A stretch of DNA of 48,990 nt from a bacterium. Its GTDB lineage: Bacteria; Patescibacteriota; Minisyncoccia; Phycocordibacterales; CAIZIN01. Below are positions 47,255 through 48,990 of this stretch, in pieces. Position 1 is the first letter of the stretch, and the number at the start of each line of letters is the position of its first letter. Under the pieces are notes generated by a model that was not told the origin of the DNA, made no database searches, and worked only from the letters and a program-made list of their open reading frames with translations. The stretch covers positions 1 through 48,990 of the forward strand of contig JBAXQO010000004.1 in NCBI GenBank assembly GCA_037131675.1, read 5' to 3'. The translations under genes and the position numbers were made by a program.

Positions 47255-47632
47255 GTGGAATTTCGTGATAGGCAAAAAATGTATCAGCTAGTGTATTCAA
47301 AAGTAACTATTTTGATTACAGTGTTCTTTATTATTGTCCTTATTCCTGGAGTTTACGGTATTTATAAAAAAGTAAGTGAGAGTGAAAAAGACAGAAAAGC
47401 TGCCGAGCGAGAGCTTGCAGATTTGGAAACACGTGAGCAAATGCTTGTATTGAAAGTTGACCGAGGTAATACAGACAGAGGACTTGAGGAACAGATTCGT
47501 GAAAAATATAATGTTGCAAAAGAAGGGGAATCAGTTATTGTGTTAGTTGATAAACCTATTGCTGCATCCACCACACAAAATGAAGCCAATGTATTTAAGG
47601 CTGTGTGGCAAAGGTTGAAAAAAGCATTTTAA
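47255..47632 (+). CDS. FtsB/DivIC-like septum formation initiator
   Basis: One TM, a coiled coil, then LEEQIREKYNVAKEGESVIVLV; GTG start 7 nt after TGATATAAT. Confidence 0.8.
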   Translation: MEFRDRQKMYQLVYSKVTILITVFFIIVLIPGVYGIYKKVSESEKDRKAAERELADLETREQMLVLKVDRGNTDRGLEEQIREKYNVAKEGESVIVLVDKPIAASTTQNEANVFKAVWQRLKKAF

Positions 47633-47635
47633 AAA

Positions 47636-47706
47636 GCGGGTATTGTTTAGTGGTAGAATGCGACCTTCCCAAGGTTGAGACGCGAGTTCGATTCTCGCTA
47701 CCCGCA
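47636..47706 (+). tRNA. tRNA-Gly(CCC)
   Basis: Acceptor GCGGGTA/TACCCGC, anticodon arm CGACC-ttCCCaa-GGTTG, GTTCGATTC; discriminator A. Confidence 0.95.
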
Positions 47707-47707
47707 C

Positions 47708-47880
47708 AAATAAAAAACGGCATGTGCCGTTTTTTTTATTTGTGCGGGTAAGAAAGCTCCTGTGGAGCTTTCGTGCGAGAATCGAAGGGCGTAGCGGGAC
47801 CCAAGCCAGCAGGCTTGGGAGCGAGCCAGGGTCGTGAAAATTTTGGTTTGACGAAACCAAAATTATTCCTGACCGATTTT
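47708..47880 (+). repeat. tRNA-3'-associated structured element (Gly copy)
   Basis: Hairpin 47708-47741; antisense GTGCGGGTA 47742-47750 and GCGAGAATCGAA 47775-47786 split by a 24-nt hairpin insert; AGCA-loop 47800-47819; GGTCG...TGACCGA with an 11-bp GACG-loop hairpin 47839-47864. Confidence 0.88.
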
Positions 47881-47922
47881 ACACTTTTTTTCTTCACCTT
47901 ATTTATGTTAGTATCTAACTAT

Positions 47923-48990
47923 ATGAAAAAAATAATTCCTATATTTTGTGCGGTGGTCTTCATCTTTGCTTTGAATGTAAATACAATTCATGCACAAACA
48001 TTTTCTAATCCATTACAAATTTCTGCATGGATACCATATTGGACAAAAACCGATGGTACAAAGTCTGCGTCAGATCATATTTCATATTTTAATGAGCTTA
48101 ATCCATTTTCTTTTGAAGTTCAGCCGGACGGTACAATTAAAGATGCTTTGAAATTAACACAAAGTCCTTGGACGGAATTAATTCAGAAAGCAAAAATTTA
48201 TAATGTAAACATTGTTCCAACTTTCCTTTGGACGGGTCCCACAGCAATGAAAAATGTTTTTACTGATATTTCAGCTACAAATAACCATATCAACGCCATC
48301 ATAAAAGCAGCACAATCTATTAATGCTACAGGTGTAGATATTGATTATGAAGGCAAGAGAATGGAAGATAAAGCATTGTATGCTCAGTTTATGAGAAAAC
48401 TAAGTACTGCTTTGAAACAGAAAGGCATGACACTATCATGCACCATAGAAGGATCTTCCACAGCTTCTCCGTCTGCACGTTTGTTAACGCTTAAAGCCAC
48501 ATCTCCTTGGTCAAATGACCTAAAAACATTAAATGAAGTATGTGATGTTGTGAGAGTGATGGCATATGATCAGATGGCACAAACAACTACATCAACATGG
48601 AATGCAAAGGATAAGACCTTCTATGCTCCAAACGCAGATATTTCTTGGGTAAGAAAGGTGCTTGAATACAACCTAAGGTATATTGATAAAAATAAATTAG
48701 TGTTAGGTGTACCAACATATGGCTGGAATACCAAAGTTACAAAATCAAAGAAAGGTGGCTATGACTATGAGATTATGAAATCTATGTCATATGTAGACTC
48801 AGTACAACTCGCAAAAGATAATAATATAACACCACATAGAGACGCTACAGGGGAGTTAAGTTTTTCTTATGTGAAAGACGGAGAACAGAGAATTGTGTTT
48901 TTCTCGGATGCATATTCTGTCCAACTCGCATTGGAAGCTGCTAAGAAATATAATATAAAGGGGGTGTCATTATTTAAGCTAGACGGTAAA
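47923..48990 (+). CDS. Secreted GH18 glycoside hydrolase (runs off the window end; not in ORF track)
   Basis: My translation: signal peptide MKKIIPIFCAVV...IHA, SAWIPYW, TGVDIDYEG (DxDxE), VRVMAYDQ, LVLGVPTYG, GVSLFKL; no stop before 48990. Confidence 0.88.
   Translation, partial: MKKIIPIFCAVVFIFALNVNTIHAQTFSNPLQISAWIPYWTKTDGTKSASDHISYFNELNPFSFEVQPDGTIKDALKLTQSPWTELIQKAKIYNVNIVPTFLWTGPTAMKNVFTDISATNNHINAIIKAAQSINATGVDIDYEGKRMEDKALYAQFMRKLSTALKQKGMTLSCTIEGSSTASPSARLLTLKATSPWSNDLKTLNEVCDVVRVMAYDQMAQTTTSTWNAKDKTFYAPNADISWVRKVLEYNLRYIDKNKLVLGVPTYGWNTKVTKSKKGGYDYEIMKSMSYVDSVQLAKDNNITPHRDATGELSFSYVKDGEQRIVFFSDAYSVQLALEAAKKYNIKGVSLFKLDGK

Noticed and set aside
47543-47860. 105-aa minus-strand ORF
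   Set aside because: It is antisense to tRNA-Gly and the FtsB-like gene.

Overview
AT-rich bacterial chromosomal window read in standard code 11 (TGA ends the diadenylate cyclase ORF at 29137). The gene set and order suggest a Patescibacteria/CPR, probably Parcubacteria-like, genome: short RF2, ftsEX, pyrG, secG-OppA-rnj, lemA-htpX, class II RNR, rnpB, murJ, lepA, and DUF5666/ECF-sigma/MacAB-like genes (inference; no taxonomic search run). It holds about 45 CDSs, six tRNA genes (none encodes CCA) and RNase P RNA. I found no CRISPR array, integrase or transposase. The main unexplained signal is a family of ~150-185 bp structured elements directly 3' of four different tRNA genes (Asp, Gln, Ser, Gly). 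Each carries an antisense copy of its own tRNA's T-arm/acceptor 3' end, covarying hairpins with shared AGCA and GACG/GATG loops, and in three cases a distal direct copy of the tRNA 3' end. A related AGCA-loop element follows rnpB. Other observations: a GC-rich, possibly decayed or mis-assembled SRP-like RNA before prfB; a GC-shifted lysA with a strong SD; many apparently leaderless genes; two unannotated small ORFs; and several unusual surface proteins.
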